Shown here one piece after another: positions 51,970 through 63,639 of a stretch of DNA of 64,000 nt (its first letter is position 1; every line of letters starts with the position of its first letter). The notes beneath the pieces are model-generated. The model made no database searches and was not told the origin of the DNA. It saw nothing but the letters and a program-made list of their open reading frames with translations. The stretch spans positions 22,401,722 through 22,465,721 of the forward strand of contig OZ316896.1 of the NCBI GenBank assembly GCA_973895155.1. The letters are read 5' to 3'. Position numbers and translations under genes: made by a program. Source of the DNA: Marsupella aquatica (Eukaryota; Plantae; Marchantiophyta).

Positions 51970-53170
51970 GGTACTCTCAGAATCCCAGAACCCAAATGAT
52001 ATGAACAATCTAAAAATGTAATTCTGGAGATTCTTTCTAAACCCCCAAACATAGGTGATTAGCTTTGAGATGGAATGTACTTAGTCTTTCCAAAGCCAAA
52101 ACCCACTACAAGATTGATCTTGAGATATTAGTGGGCATTATCTTAACCATGAACGATGACATGATCAATCTAGAGATGTGATTTAAGATTTCTCCCAACT
52201 GTAAACCCCCTGACATGACAAATCTTGAAATGTAAGGATTGCCTTTCCAAACTCCCAACCTATGATCTAATCAATTTCAACATGTAGTATGGACAGATCT
52301 GATCCATCTCACTGCTCAACATGGAGAGACTCTAAACCCCAATCCATGATATGATCAAACTACTCTAGACAAGTATTATGGACAGCCTTCCTAACGCTGC
52401 ACCCACTATATGTCCAATTTAGCAATTCAATCTGGACAGACTCTACTCTAGACCCTAACCCATGATGAGATCAAGCCAGACCAGGAATATGCCCCACACC
52501 CCACTGCATGATCAAGTTAGATTTTTTGCTAAATGGACTGACTCTAAACCCATGATGTAAAATTCAGAATGCCTTTCCTAACACCAAACCCATGATTGTT
52601 CCTTCTCGTACTAACTGGAGGCCATGAGTACTGTCTACAGGTAGACTGATAGGGTTTAATACCCTATCACGGACCCACTGAAGTGAACCTCACCAGTACA
52701 AGAGCACTGGCCAGTCTTTAGGACTGTGCCACTCGTGCTGTAGTTTCCAAATTGCTTGTGTGGTGCCCTTCTCGGAGCTTGACAGCTCCTGTCCTGGTAC
52801 AGGCCTCCCAGGTTTTAGCATGTCAACCTTTGGTCCTATGGGCTGGTGTCCCCCGTTTGAGCCCCCCTTTTTGTAAGTTGGCCATTTGAATGTAATTCAT
52901 TTGGTTTTTTTTAGGGAAGAAAAAGAGGAGAGAGTACTGTCTACTGGCAATCGGCCCCTGCACAATCGAGCGGCGCCCCAAAAAGGGACAACCTAAGATC
53001 CAAACCCATGATAATTATGGTGAATCTAGTCTAGACTAGATAGACATCAGTCTTGACTCAAACTAGTAGATCCGCAATGTATGATCAATTTAGACAAGAC
53101 AGTAATATGGACAGCCTTTCTGAAACCCCCAAACCCATGACAATAGTGAGGTGAATCTAGAGACCAGTCT
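51970..53170. repeat. Highly degenerate minisatellite (~55-65 bp, core AAACCCATGA..TGATCAATCTAGA), interrupted at ~52600-52985
   Basis: More than ten recurrences of CCC/ACCATGA..GATCAA and TGGACAG/CTTTCC motifs. Confidence 0.7.
52639..52931 (+). mobile_element. Short non-LTR retroposed insertion (SINE/LINE 3' end)
   Basis: 13-bp direct repeat GAGTACTGTCTAC at 52626-52638 and 52932-52944; purine/A-rich 3' end; 5' hairpin TGATAGGGT..ACCCTATCA. Confidence 0.7.
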
Positions 53171-53335
53171 TCACTCGAATATCGTTCGTATCAGAGAATA
53201 CCGCGCGAGCGGTCTGTCTGTTCCTGTCGTGTCTTCGTATTCCCAACATTTTCTATCCATACTAACGCAATCTAGGAGGGCTTTGTTCACTCCACGGGAT
53301 TCGAGGATGCCGGAATGTCGACGATACGATGATTA

Positions 53336-53475
53336 TACAGCAGCGCATCCCAGACCCTCTGAGCTCAGCCAAGCAGTGAGCACGAAGAAAGTATCGCGAA
53401 GAATAGCTGAGTGTACAGCAGCGCATCCCAGGGCCTCTGAGCTCAGCCGAGCAGTGAGCACCAAGAAAGTATGGA
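53336..53475. repeat. 78-bp tandem duplication
   Basis: TACAGCAGCGCATCCCAG..CCTCTGAGCTCAGCC.AGCAGTGAGCAC.AAGAAAGTAT twice. Confidence 0.9.
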
Positions 53476-56400
53476 GACGAAGGAGGAGAGGAGGCTAGCG
53501 TAGGCCCTTCGCGCCCATCATCATGTGCACAATCTATAGAGACATCCCTCCGCTCGGACGAGCTAAATAGTACACTAGATCTGAAAATATATCTGATGGT
53601 CGGTGGGTCGGTCAGTTGGGGGTAGGTCGGTCTGTCGGATGGCTGGCTGGATATCGATAGATAGATGAGGAGGTTCGATCCTGCCGAGTACGGAGTGTCG
53701 ATCAGCCCCTTTTCCTTTCAGAGGAGGCCAAGACTAATTAAGTAACGAACGCACCGGCGAGTCCTAAAAGCAGCCGAGACTCCGAGACTCCGAGACTCAT
53801 CATCATAGCCCCGCCCGGCAGAACAAATGATCAATCACTCAATCAGTCAATCAAAGGAGAGCCGCACTCATTCAATCAGTCAATCACAGGAGAGCCCCAG
53901 GCAGCACCACCAAGCAAGGTAAAGCAAGGCAATGCACTGGTGATGGCAAGACAAGAGGCAAGGCAAGGCAAGCAAGCCATAGCAAGCAACAGCCAAAGTA
54001 ACGTCTGAGTCCGGAGCACAGCACAACGCAGCACTGCGCTGTGCTGCTGTTGATTTCGAGTAGAGAGGGAGGAGAGAATGATCATCATTCCATGCGAGGA
54101 AGAAAAGTAAAGTACAGGGTGGTACTGACGACGCTCTCTTCCTCTCCCTCCCTCTCTGTGTCCCTGTCCCTCTCCTGCAAAGTACTGTACTTTGTGGAGT
54201 GACAGCTCTGTGGAGTCTGGTCTGGGCTGTCCCTAACGTGTGACGGAGGGAGGGACAGGACAAGGGCAGGGCCCAGTCCAGAGACACAAAGGGCGAAAGG
54301 ACCCACCGTCCACCTTGCAGCCATTGTACAGTAGTAATAATTAAGGAGTTGGGCTTAGTGATGGGCTGCACCATAGATTTAATTTGTGTGGAGTCTCGAG
54401 TCTTCAAGTTATTGGCACAAATTAAAGGGAGGCTGCACTTTGCAGAAGAAAGTATTTGTCCTTTTTGTTCTCCTGGAGAAAAATGGACATCATTACTTGA
54501 CACATGACGGAGGTGTAATTCCGAACTAACACTCCGCACCACAAATACTCACTAATTTGGGTGAAGAAAGTTTAGGGCTCTGCTCATCAATTAGTGTTAC
54601 TAACCCTATCCATGCACCTGACTTACTGACCATTCATGTTATTTGTGTTCTTTTACACTGTACTTTTCGGTATAGTTCCATTCCGTAGAAATTAATGGTT
54701 GGCCCTTCAAATCCCTAATCGAGCTACTTCAAAGCTCTCTATGAGTTTTCATGAGCGGGTTCATGAGTTTGATGCTCTTGCAGAGCCCATGAGCTGAAGC
54801 TGATGCCTACTCTGCCATTATTAAAGCAGAATCGAGAAAACATGATTTTCTTGAACCCACAAGAATTCATGTTACTTTCACCTTGAGGCCTCACTCTCCA
54901 AAATGATTGTTGTCAGCACTGATCTTGAAGTAACACTAATTCTTACATAGCACTAATAATGGTGAATAGTGTACCAAACAGACTACTGTAGTTGGATGCC
55001 TCACCCTGCATCATTCTGAGCATGGGGGCCTCAATGTCTCATCTTCTGTTTTACACCTCGACAAGCTCGCTACTACAAAACAATCCATTGTAAAATTGGC
55101 TGGCCTGCTTGCTTCTTTTAGATAAGTCAAAATAGGCATGTAGTAGGATGAACATGCTATATTGTGGGAGTTATGTGTCTGGAGTACTACTGCCCAAGAT
55201 ACTGCCTTTTAATGTTGTAGTGAAAAATTCTAAGGGTGAAATATCCAAATGTAATCCCCATACCAATTTCTTGGAAAACTATGTTCACACGGACAGTAAA
55301 TAGAAATCACTGGACTAATTTTGAAGCTGGTATATGGTGAATGCAACTTTCAGTATTTTGTCTTATTGAAACTTCTTTTGTTATGTATTTTTATTTCAAT
55401 GTGTCTTAGCAAGGTGCATCCCTTGTATAGTTTAGAATTTGAATTTATTCTGGCACCCCTCTAAATTTTTAATCTTTGCTATATTTAAGATCATCCACCC
55501 TTTAACAAAGCTCATATAATTTCTAGCCCTTATTCTCACGAGTGAAGAAGAAATGAAGTAAAATAAAGTGCACTCCTTGTGTCTTTAAGTTCTACTCATG
55601 GTTTTGTGTCCTAAATTTATGGTTTTAATCAATTTGAGTGTCACTACCTAAGGTAAGTACATAAGTATCTCTACTTGTGTACATTATTTGCACAGCCCAA
55701 CACCATAGATCTAAACTTTTCCTGTTCATTATTTCTTTTCTTTACATGTGTAAAGTACTCTTGTACCTTATGTGCACAACTTTTCAATATCATAGATTGT
55801 ACCTCTTCCTAGTCAATGTCCTGTTTATATCTGCCACAAAAATTTGGATCACCGGCATATCACTAAAAAATGAGAAATTAAGCATGTTCCAAGATGAACA
55901 TGCTATGTACATCACAAGGACAGTAAATAGAATTCACTGGACTAATTATCAATATCAGTGGGTGCATTTTGATAACTTAGACATCTATCCTCACTTCATT
56001 TTCTAATATGTTGGAGTCTTTTTAATGTATTCGAACATGAAAGGCACAAGGCCCAAACTGCACAAGTGTCTTCATGGACTTGCCAACACCCTAGATTTCC
56101 ATCTGGTTGTGCAGCTGCTGCGTTTCCCATCCCTCCCTCTCCTTCCCACTCCAAAGAAACAACAATAGAAAAAGTGTCCCGCAAAGCACAAAGGGGTACA
56201 AAGACCTGTTCAGACGCACTGTGTAGAAAAGTTCCTTGACTAGAGAGTCGTTGATTCTCATTTAACAAAATACAAACATCAATGTTATTTGCCCGGTTAT
56301 TTGAACCAAGATAGAGTTTACATAACACTAGTAACCCCCATATAATCTCAAAGTGAGGTAAGAAGACTTATTGTACTTTGGTTCCCGACTGAAACCAAGC

Positions 56401-57382
56401 TTTGATGAAAAGAGTCCTCTAACCTAAAATGTGAATATTGTAACTTGTCTATTAAATGTTAAGGAAGTAAGGATATAAAATTTAATGAGAAAGGTGGAAG
56501 TAGTTGTGGGTGATAAGAAGCTGACAAGCATGGACAGATCCAATAAACTAAAAGTAGAGAAAGCCATAAGTGTCATTTTGGTTGCATTGGTATATATCAC
56601 CATATCAGCCAGGGTTGTTGTTGTTGTTGTTGTTGTGAGAGTGATGTCATTCTGATCATATATTCTGTTTGTTGTGAAAATCAGTTGTCAATGCTAGGAG
56701 GATATGGGAGCAGCCTAGTGAGGATCCAGGCAAAACTTTTTTTATTTTTAAAAAAAGATGTGAAAAGCTTTTTCTCTAAGTTTGTCTAAACTTCTAACTT
56801 TTCTAATTTATTTATTTGGTCCTATCATTTCCCTCCTCTCCCCCCACCGTGCACCTCTCCTCCCTGCCTGCCCCACCGCTCCTCCCTCTTTTTCATTTCC
56901 CTCCCTGCCACCGTCTCCCTGGCCTCTTCTTTCCTCTCACCTGACTCTTCCTTGCACAGAGGCAGGAGCCCAGACCTTCCTCACCTCTTCCTCTACACAA
57001 GGAAGCATTTTTGGAGGATCCTATGGTGCAGGAGAAAAACTTATAGATTGAATGGCCACTATATCGTCCTACCCAGATTTCATAAATAGACCATGGAGGA
57101 AAAAAGCAGGATTGCATTTCTTGTGTTTAGATTGCAGGGTATTCTTTTATGTCACTTAACACCCTTATACACAGTGTATGGTTCCCATGAGAAGATGTTG
57201 AGATGCACTGTCTTGTTGGGTTCTCACTGAAATGCATTAATTGAGGAAGCTTACAAGAGTCATTGCAATGACAGTAAGTCATTATGATAGACAAGTTACT
57301 ATGTCTTATACATATCTGAATTCAGGAGAATAATTGCTGAGTTGGAAAAGATAAAATTTAAATGCACCAAAAGAGAGACTCA

Positions 57383-57710
57383 TGTTAGGTAATTACTCAA
57401 GGTCGAGGGCTACAACATGTAACCGTAGTTAGAGACGTGATTAGGTCAACTAGGATGTACACTATATGCCAAACGATGTTTGTTTGGATAAGTGAAACTA
57501 AGGTTCATTGTTACAGAGCCACTTGAGAGATGAGGAGAGCTCACACTGTGGAGACTTGATATGGCCGATGAGCTTAGAGTTCAGTAAAGCTCTCTTGTGT
57601 ATTCCTGTGAACGTAGTCTCAAGGAGGTGAACCACGTATCTCTTGTGCTGACTACTTGCAAGTTAGATGCGTCATGTGCTTATCCTTGCGATTGTGGTCT
57701 ATGCTCAACA
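57383..57710 (+). mobile_element. Solo LTR (328 bp), copia-like
   Basis: TGTT..AACA termini; 5-bp TSD ACTCA (57378-57382, 57711-57715); GAACCACGTATCTCTTGTG U5-type motif; second family member at 22142-22501. Confidence 0.88.
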
Positions 57711-58633
57711 ACTCAAAACATGAGTGGAATTGAGTAAGAGAGTGAGACAAACACCAAAATAATGTTTGTTGTTAGGTGTTGCGGAAACTCCCCACACAAG
57801 CAGCAAACTAGATTCTCAAAGGACAATGAGTGCTCAAATTCACATTGTAGCAAAGATAACACACTTGCTGTGACGGACAAGTTTTGTTAGGGTATTTTTA
57901 TGCTTTCTGCCAAAGCAAGAAATCTCTTGCTGGATGAAGCATTTTGTTACCACCAAAAAAGTGAGCATTCATGCAAAGGAGAAGTGTTATCTGATTAAAA
58001 ACCCCTTCCAATGTGTCTCATGTGGGTTTTGGCCATCTTGAGGTCCATTGTGAGTTGTCTGTGATTTCTGGATACATAGTTAGCTTTTTGTCTGCAAGGT
58101 TTTAGTATAACATGAAGAGGAACTCTACTAGTAGCTCTGCTAATTTATTGCTCATTTCCTTCTTTTCAAATGGAGGTGATTTAGTTGCGTAGCAGAATCA
58201 GAACCACCTAAATGCTGCCTTACTAGCCTCCACACTTCGAAAGGTAGAAGTCTCTCCAAAAAGGCATGGATGGCCAATTCAATGACTCTCAACATGCCCT
58301 CTGGGTTTATTTAGAAGCCAGGAAGGCATATTTTCTTTTCCTTGTCCTCAGCATGATAAGGCAATCAACCTCACAATCCTCACAAACTGGATTGTTCGAA
58401 TTACCATAATATCCCTAGTATATCACAGTGCATAAACTCTTGTACATCGTCCTGACTTGGGATCTTGATCATTAGGAGTGAAGTTGGCTGTCATTTCACT
58501 GTGTGGGCACCTGTTACATCTCAAGCATTGCTAAGAGTACTAAGCCATTGGAAAAATGCACATGACCGACTAAAGACCAGTTTAGATGGGACCTTTGCAG
58601 CCATGCAGAAGATTTCTCCAACTTCATTCCCAC

Positions 58634-58797
58634 GCCTGAGTGGGAAGGGGGTGTACAATCAAGGATATTTACAACCACGTAAGTGCTGACGAATATAAAT
58701 TCGTATCCTTCTTGGCCTGAGTGGGAAGGGGGTGTACAATCAAGGATATTTTACAACCACGTAAGTGCTGACGAATATAAATTCGTATCCTTCTTGG
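58634..58797. repeat. Near-identical tandem duplication, ~81-83 bp
   Basis: GCCTGAGTGGGAAGGGGG..CAACCACGTAAGTGCTGACGAATATAAATTCGTATCCTTCTTGG twice; the copies differ only in homopolymer lengths. Confidence 0.92.
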
Positions 58798-59949
58798 ATT
58801 TCATCTTCAAGTACCTCGCCATCATACTGCATGATCCTACATAATTTAGTCATTTCAAAATTCCACCTTCGTTTTTTATTATTCTTGCTTTTTTCTTTGT
58901 TCTATATCTTTACAGCTATCAAAGAGACTTCGTGATAGTTCAAGACCATGCAAAGATCTAATGGATCGGACAGTTTCATGGAAAGTAACACAAGACCGGA
59001 TCTACGTTAATTTTACTGTCACTTTATCTGAAAAGATACTGTACCCTTTCAAATAACAACCTAGGATTGGAAGTTGCAGCAAGATTGAGTCGAAGATATG
59101 GATAGAAGGCAAAAATCGGATTTACTTTGTCTGACATGTCTTTGAACGTAAACTTCTTCTTTGGAAGAGCACGTAGTTGCTAGACTATGTGCATGCTCCA
59201 GACGTAGGAACATAATCGCCCATACTCGAGGACTACCAGCAAGTTGTATAAGTGATCAATTTTCAGAGTAATTGTACTGCAGTGGAGATCCAGCACAGAA
59301 ATCTTCAAAGTTAGCCCCCACCATGAACACGAAAGCCAATAAATTATCCCGTGGCGTTGATGAGGACTTGGGACAGTTGTTATCAGCACCACATTGTCTT
59401 CCGCAAAAAGTACTCATGCTGGAGATTAGCTGACTTGTGTTGGTCCGACAGAAGTTCTGATTGATTTTCCACAATGTTATCCTGGTTCGAAAGCAGGCAG
59501 GCAAAGAACTCGTCAGGTTTCCCAATGTAGGACCTGTGCAAAACAGTTGACTCAGAGTTACTCTTATGAGCCATCACAAACTAACTGCCAAACAGTTCTA
59601 CTTAAAGCAAAAGAAAGCAGGGACATTCCCAGATGAACATTAATAATGCAATGGAGTGGTAGTGAAGAGTCCCTCAGTTATGTACGTGCTCTACTGACCT
59701 TTTTTCACGAGCCATGTGCAGCAACCATAACATAGCCATGGATAGTAGTGCAAAGATGTAGAAGATTACTGACGACGAATGTGTTATTGCTGCAACTCTT
59801 GTAGCTTAACAATTTCCCTCTATTTTCATTCGCTAAAGCCAGGTCAGCGGTTTGCTAAGTCCAGGTCCCAACGGCAGTCGAGAATTCTTCCATGAATGTA
59901 TTGTACATATATTATAGCTAGTGAGGCTCCAAAACTAAAGAACTAAACG

Positions 59950-62900
59950 TCAATGACTTTCATTCTTAATGTCCATTTGCCTGTCAAATTTCGTGTCTCT
60001 TGATCGAGGAGATAAATTGAAAAGGGTAACTTCGGGAGTCCTCAATTCATCATCACTACTGAGAGTATCTTCCATAAATGACCTCCTTCCACTGACGGTG
60101 CCCTCTCCCTCACTGTATCTCTCATCGTCATTCAACCAGGGCTCTTCCAGATCATCCTCAAGACGACCTCCAAAAACAGGCTTCAAGTATGCACGATCCA
60201 CCCACTTGAATATTTGATGTGGTATAGAGCGTGGCCCCCGGTCATCATTCTGATCTCCTGCACCTCGCCTTGACCCAGAGGATGGCAAATGCCCATATGT
60301 GGGAATTTCAGAATTGAGGCCTAGAGCCTTCAGAAGTGGTCCTGTTGAGCACCCAAACATAAGGGTGGTGCAAAGAACCACGAACAACGTCGTGGTTTCA
60401 ATAGCTCGATTACTAGTGGGCATGTTTACGGCTAGAGCATAGGCCACTGCTCCTCTGAGTCCACATGTCCACATCATCACCTTCATTGGGTTTGGTATGG
60501 GTCTTCTCCTGTTTAAGACAAATGAGGTGTCAATCAAAGCAAGATTTTCCAAGATAGAAAAAGCATCGACTCGCCTCCTCTTCTAAAGAACTCATTGACT
60601 AGGATATACTAAAACCCCAGGGACACTGCTTGAATTACGCAATTGGACTTATTTACAACTCATCCGCCAATAAAGCAGCATCAGCAAGCAGATGTCATAG
60701 AGGTGTGTATTGCAAAACGATTTTACGTACCGGCCTTTATTTGCTAACCATGCCAAGGGAAATATGTTCACTGCCCGTGAGAGAAGACACAGAGGAATCG
60801 CTGATAGGAGGAGCCCAGCATCAACGCCATGGTGCAGGAATACGACTTGCATGCCCAAATACGCAAAGACAAAGACTTCTGCCAGGAATGCGAGAGCCTC
60901 AAATGCATACTTAGAGCTTATCCGTGAAGCTTGAGAGGCATTATAATAACCATAATGCGCATTGCAAATCCCACAGAAGAAAAGGGACATAATGCCTGAC
61001 AATCCACAGATCTCGGCCAAAGCGTAGGAGATGTAGGCCGAAAGAAGAATAAATGCCAGCTCGAACTTGGCATACTCGCTTCTAATATCCATATATTTTA
61101 AAACAAGTGCACAAAGAAGGGAAACTCCAAAGCCAAGGGCTACAGAGACGATGCTGATCGCGGAAAATTGAACTGCAGCAAAACCCATGGTCACCAAGGC
61201 TTAAAACGCGGACCAATAAGGTACAATAGAGTTCATTTCCCAATCATTAAATTCCCATTCATATAAGAACAACATATAATAAGACATGCCATCTTCTACG
61301 AGATAGATTAGAAGCGTAGAAATAGTCATCGAAATATTTCAAGATTCAGGCTTTTTAAGAGCAAGCCAACGCAAGATACTTCTACGCCCTACCTCTGACA
61401 CTTTGAAGAAGAAAAAAATTAATCAAAAGCTTACCAATGGCTACTCCAATGGTTGATAAGGTGAATCCTTTGCCCAAAAACGATTCCTGCAAGGAAACCA
61501 AAATCATATTAACTCCCGATCAGTGGAACTGTATGATGAATTGGGTAACACTACCACCGCTGAACCTTCATAGCAAATAGGAGCTAACGGACTAAACGAG
61601 AGAAAAAAAATTTGGAAATTTTCCGTCCATTGAAAGCGCTACACAGATTGAATTTCACGCATTAGGACGACAGCACATGAAGTTAGGGTATGAGCAGCGT
61701 CTTCTTTAGTAAATGCATAGACCAGTTTCCATTAAATGGTTAAGTAGGAGTAAAGTGACTGAAGTCTTACAAAAGTTCGGAAAAGAACGATGGCCGCGGC
61801 ATCATTCACAAGGCTCTCACCAAGTACTAGATTATGTAGCAAGGGAGGTACACCAGCCACATCTGCGCAAGAAATGAAAGAAAGTTCATAAAAACCCATC
61901 GAAAGGACGTTCCCATCAGCACAGTGTAATTCAAGAGCGAAGTAACTCTTGAAAGCTTGAAATGTCGATTGTTGGCTACCAACAAGGCTTTCCAAAGTTA
62001 CCTCTCCCTTTAGAGCAAAAACATCGAAAGCTTGATGAAATATTTGCAACCCCCTCCCCTTAAAGTGAAGTTACGATTTTTAGATAAGGCGGGAAGCTGC
62101 AAAATTGAATTAATGTGGCTAAGCCTGGTAATTGGCCATTTAGGACCAATTACCAGTACGATGTGCTAAGCCTGGTAATTGGCCATTTAGGACCAATTAC
62201 CAGTACGATGTGCTACAACACTCAGAGCACAGGAAATGGTAGCAGAACAGAGGGACCCAACAGGCAAGGACATGAAGCGCTTTCGTTCTGAAGGTAACTT
62301 TTGTTTAAACCACGAATCCCTTCGCAAGAAGCCAAGGACTGACTTACCTTGCATAACGGATAGTGTTGCCACAGGATCAATTGCTGATATCAAGGAACCA
62401 AACATCAAGGACTCCAGAAGTGGAGAGTCGGGGCTCATGTGTGTGATGAGACCCGCCAGGTGTAGAAAGTATGTGCATAGTCCGTACACAAGAGAGGATA
62501 CAACGGTCCCCACCACGGCAAACAACAGAATTGAAGTGAAGTTGCGGAAAAAATCCTGCGGTGTAACAAAGAAAGTTCCCGTCAACAATATAAGTCGCAC
62601 CAAATCATTAATTCATGTAATTCAGCCACTGCTCAGCATCTTCCGTCCTCTGCAGTTATCTACCATCGTCCAATCCCATTCAGAATATAAGAATTCGGAC
62701 CACCAACAACCTCAGGTCTCCGTGGCGATACGCATTAATTAAGGATTGGCAAGCTGCAAACCTTCTTCTTCAACGAGTAACCAGCGTTGAATATTATGAT
62801 TGGCAATAACCCGTAGAAAAAAACTTGGGGGTCGAATCTCAAATGTCGTCCATCAAGGAAGATCGTAGAAACCACTCCAAAACCCATTCCCAGAAGCATT

Positions 62901-63639
62901 GCCGATGCTGCATCCACCGACAGTTTGACTCACTTTGACTCTTGTTTGGAACTAAATAGAGAACCAAAAAATATATATAGCATTTCAGGGTACCACCCTC
63001 CTATGGCTTGGCCAGAGATTTCAACGATCCACAACTTCACAACAGATATGAATTCCCCGAGTTTAGCTAAGGAATTCCAAAAGACGAATGACTGGCCATT
63101 CTTGAAAGGTTGCATGGCCCATACGATAGTCCTGCATTCTCTGCCTACAAAGGAATGAAGCTAAGGTTCTCTGAAACTGCAGTGGGTCTTCCATGATTCG
63201 CCAAAACATAGGATGACAATGTATCATATCCCCAATTTACAAGGTCAAACTCGTAGACACTACAGTGATACTGTAGATTACTGGCCAACCCTGACGAGAT
63301 TAAGACCAAGCAACGATCACGCCATAGCGGCCTCGAGATCTTATCCTCCATCTGCTATTCTCAACATCTATATGTGCGCAACACCATGATTTCTACATAC
63401 CACAAACACCTGGTAGATAGAACATGTGCACGAACGGAATTAGAAGGACGGATAGAGCGTTACTTACCTGATTCCGGCAAGTAAATAAAGTGGTACTTCT
63501 TCGTGATGTAGGCAATGAACAACGCAATCAAGAGGAGAAAGCAACAGAGCAAGACATCCACAGAAGTTGCCATTGCTTCTGCTGCTTTCGCGTCCAGAAT
63601 GCTGCTCGTTGGAGAGTCCACAGAAGGCACAAGATCCAT
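59950..63639 (-). CDS. NHX: CPA1-family Na+(K+)/H+ exchanger (NHX/NHE type, intracellular), 556 aa, 7 coding exons
   Basis: Exons 63639-63468, 62907-62762, 62555-62348, 61862-61771, 61486-61435, 61172-60731, 60508-59950. All introns are GT..AG; total 1671 nt = 557 codons; in-frame TGA just upstream of the ATG. Motifs: [103 protein letters not shown]. Confidence 0.93.
62113..62215. repeat. 47-bp tandem duplication, each unit with an 11-bp perfect inverted repeat, in NHX intron 3
   Basis: CTGGTAATTGG/CCAATTACCAG at 62125-62135/62146-62156 and 62172-62182/62193-62203. Confidence 0.92.

Noticed and set aside
51970-53170. Regularly spaced repeats as a CRISPR-like array
   Set aside because: Eukaryotic context, units degenerate along their whole length with no constant repeat plus unique spacer, and no cas genes; this is a minisatellite.
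53336-53475. TAS3-like two-hit locus
   Set aside because: The sites are centrally bulged, only 78 nt apart (not a 21-nt multiple), and no tasiARF-like sequence is recognisable between them.
53621-53692. tRNA-like segment: GGAGGTTCGATCCTGCCGAGTACG resembles a tRNA-Ser T-arm/acceptor end (B-box)
   Set aside because: No convincing D-arm or anticodon arm and an imperfect T-stem; at most a tRNA/SINE relic. tRNAscan-SE would settle it.
53880-54542. 220-aa minus-strand ORF
   Set aside because: Non-ATG start, low-complexity translation of microsatellites, no recognisable domain.
55147-55950. Repeated GATGAACATGCTAT and GGACAGTAAATAGAA.TCACTGGACTAATT blocks ~630-750 bp apart
   Set aside because: Looks like an old local duplication with an indel; no LTR/TIR/TSD structure to support an element call.
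62236-62742. 168-aa plus-strand ORF
   Set aside because: Antisense shadow of NHX exon 3 and its flanking introns.
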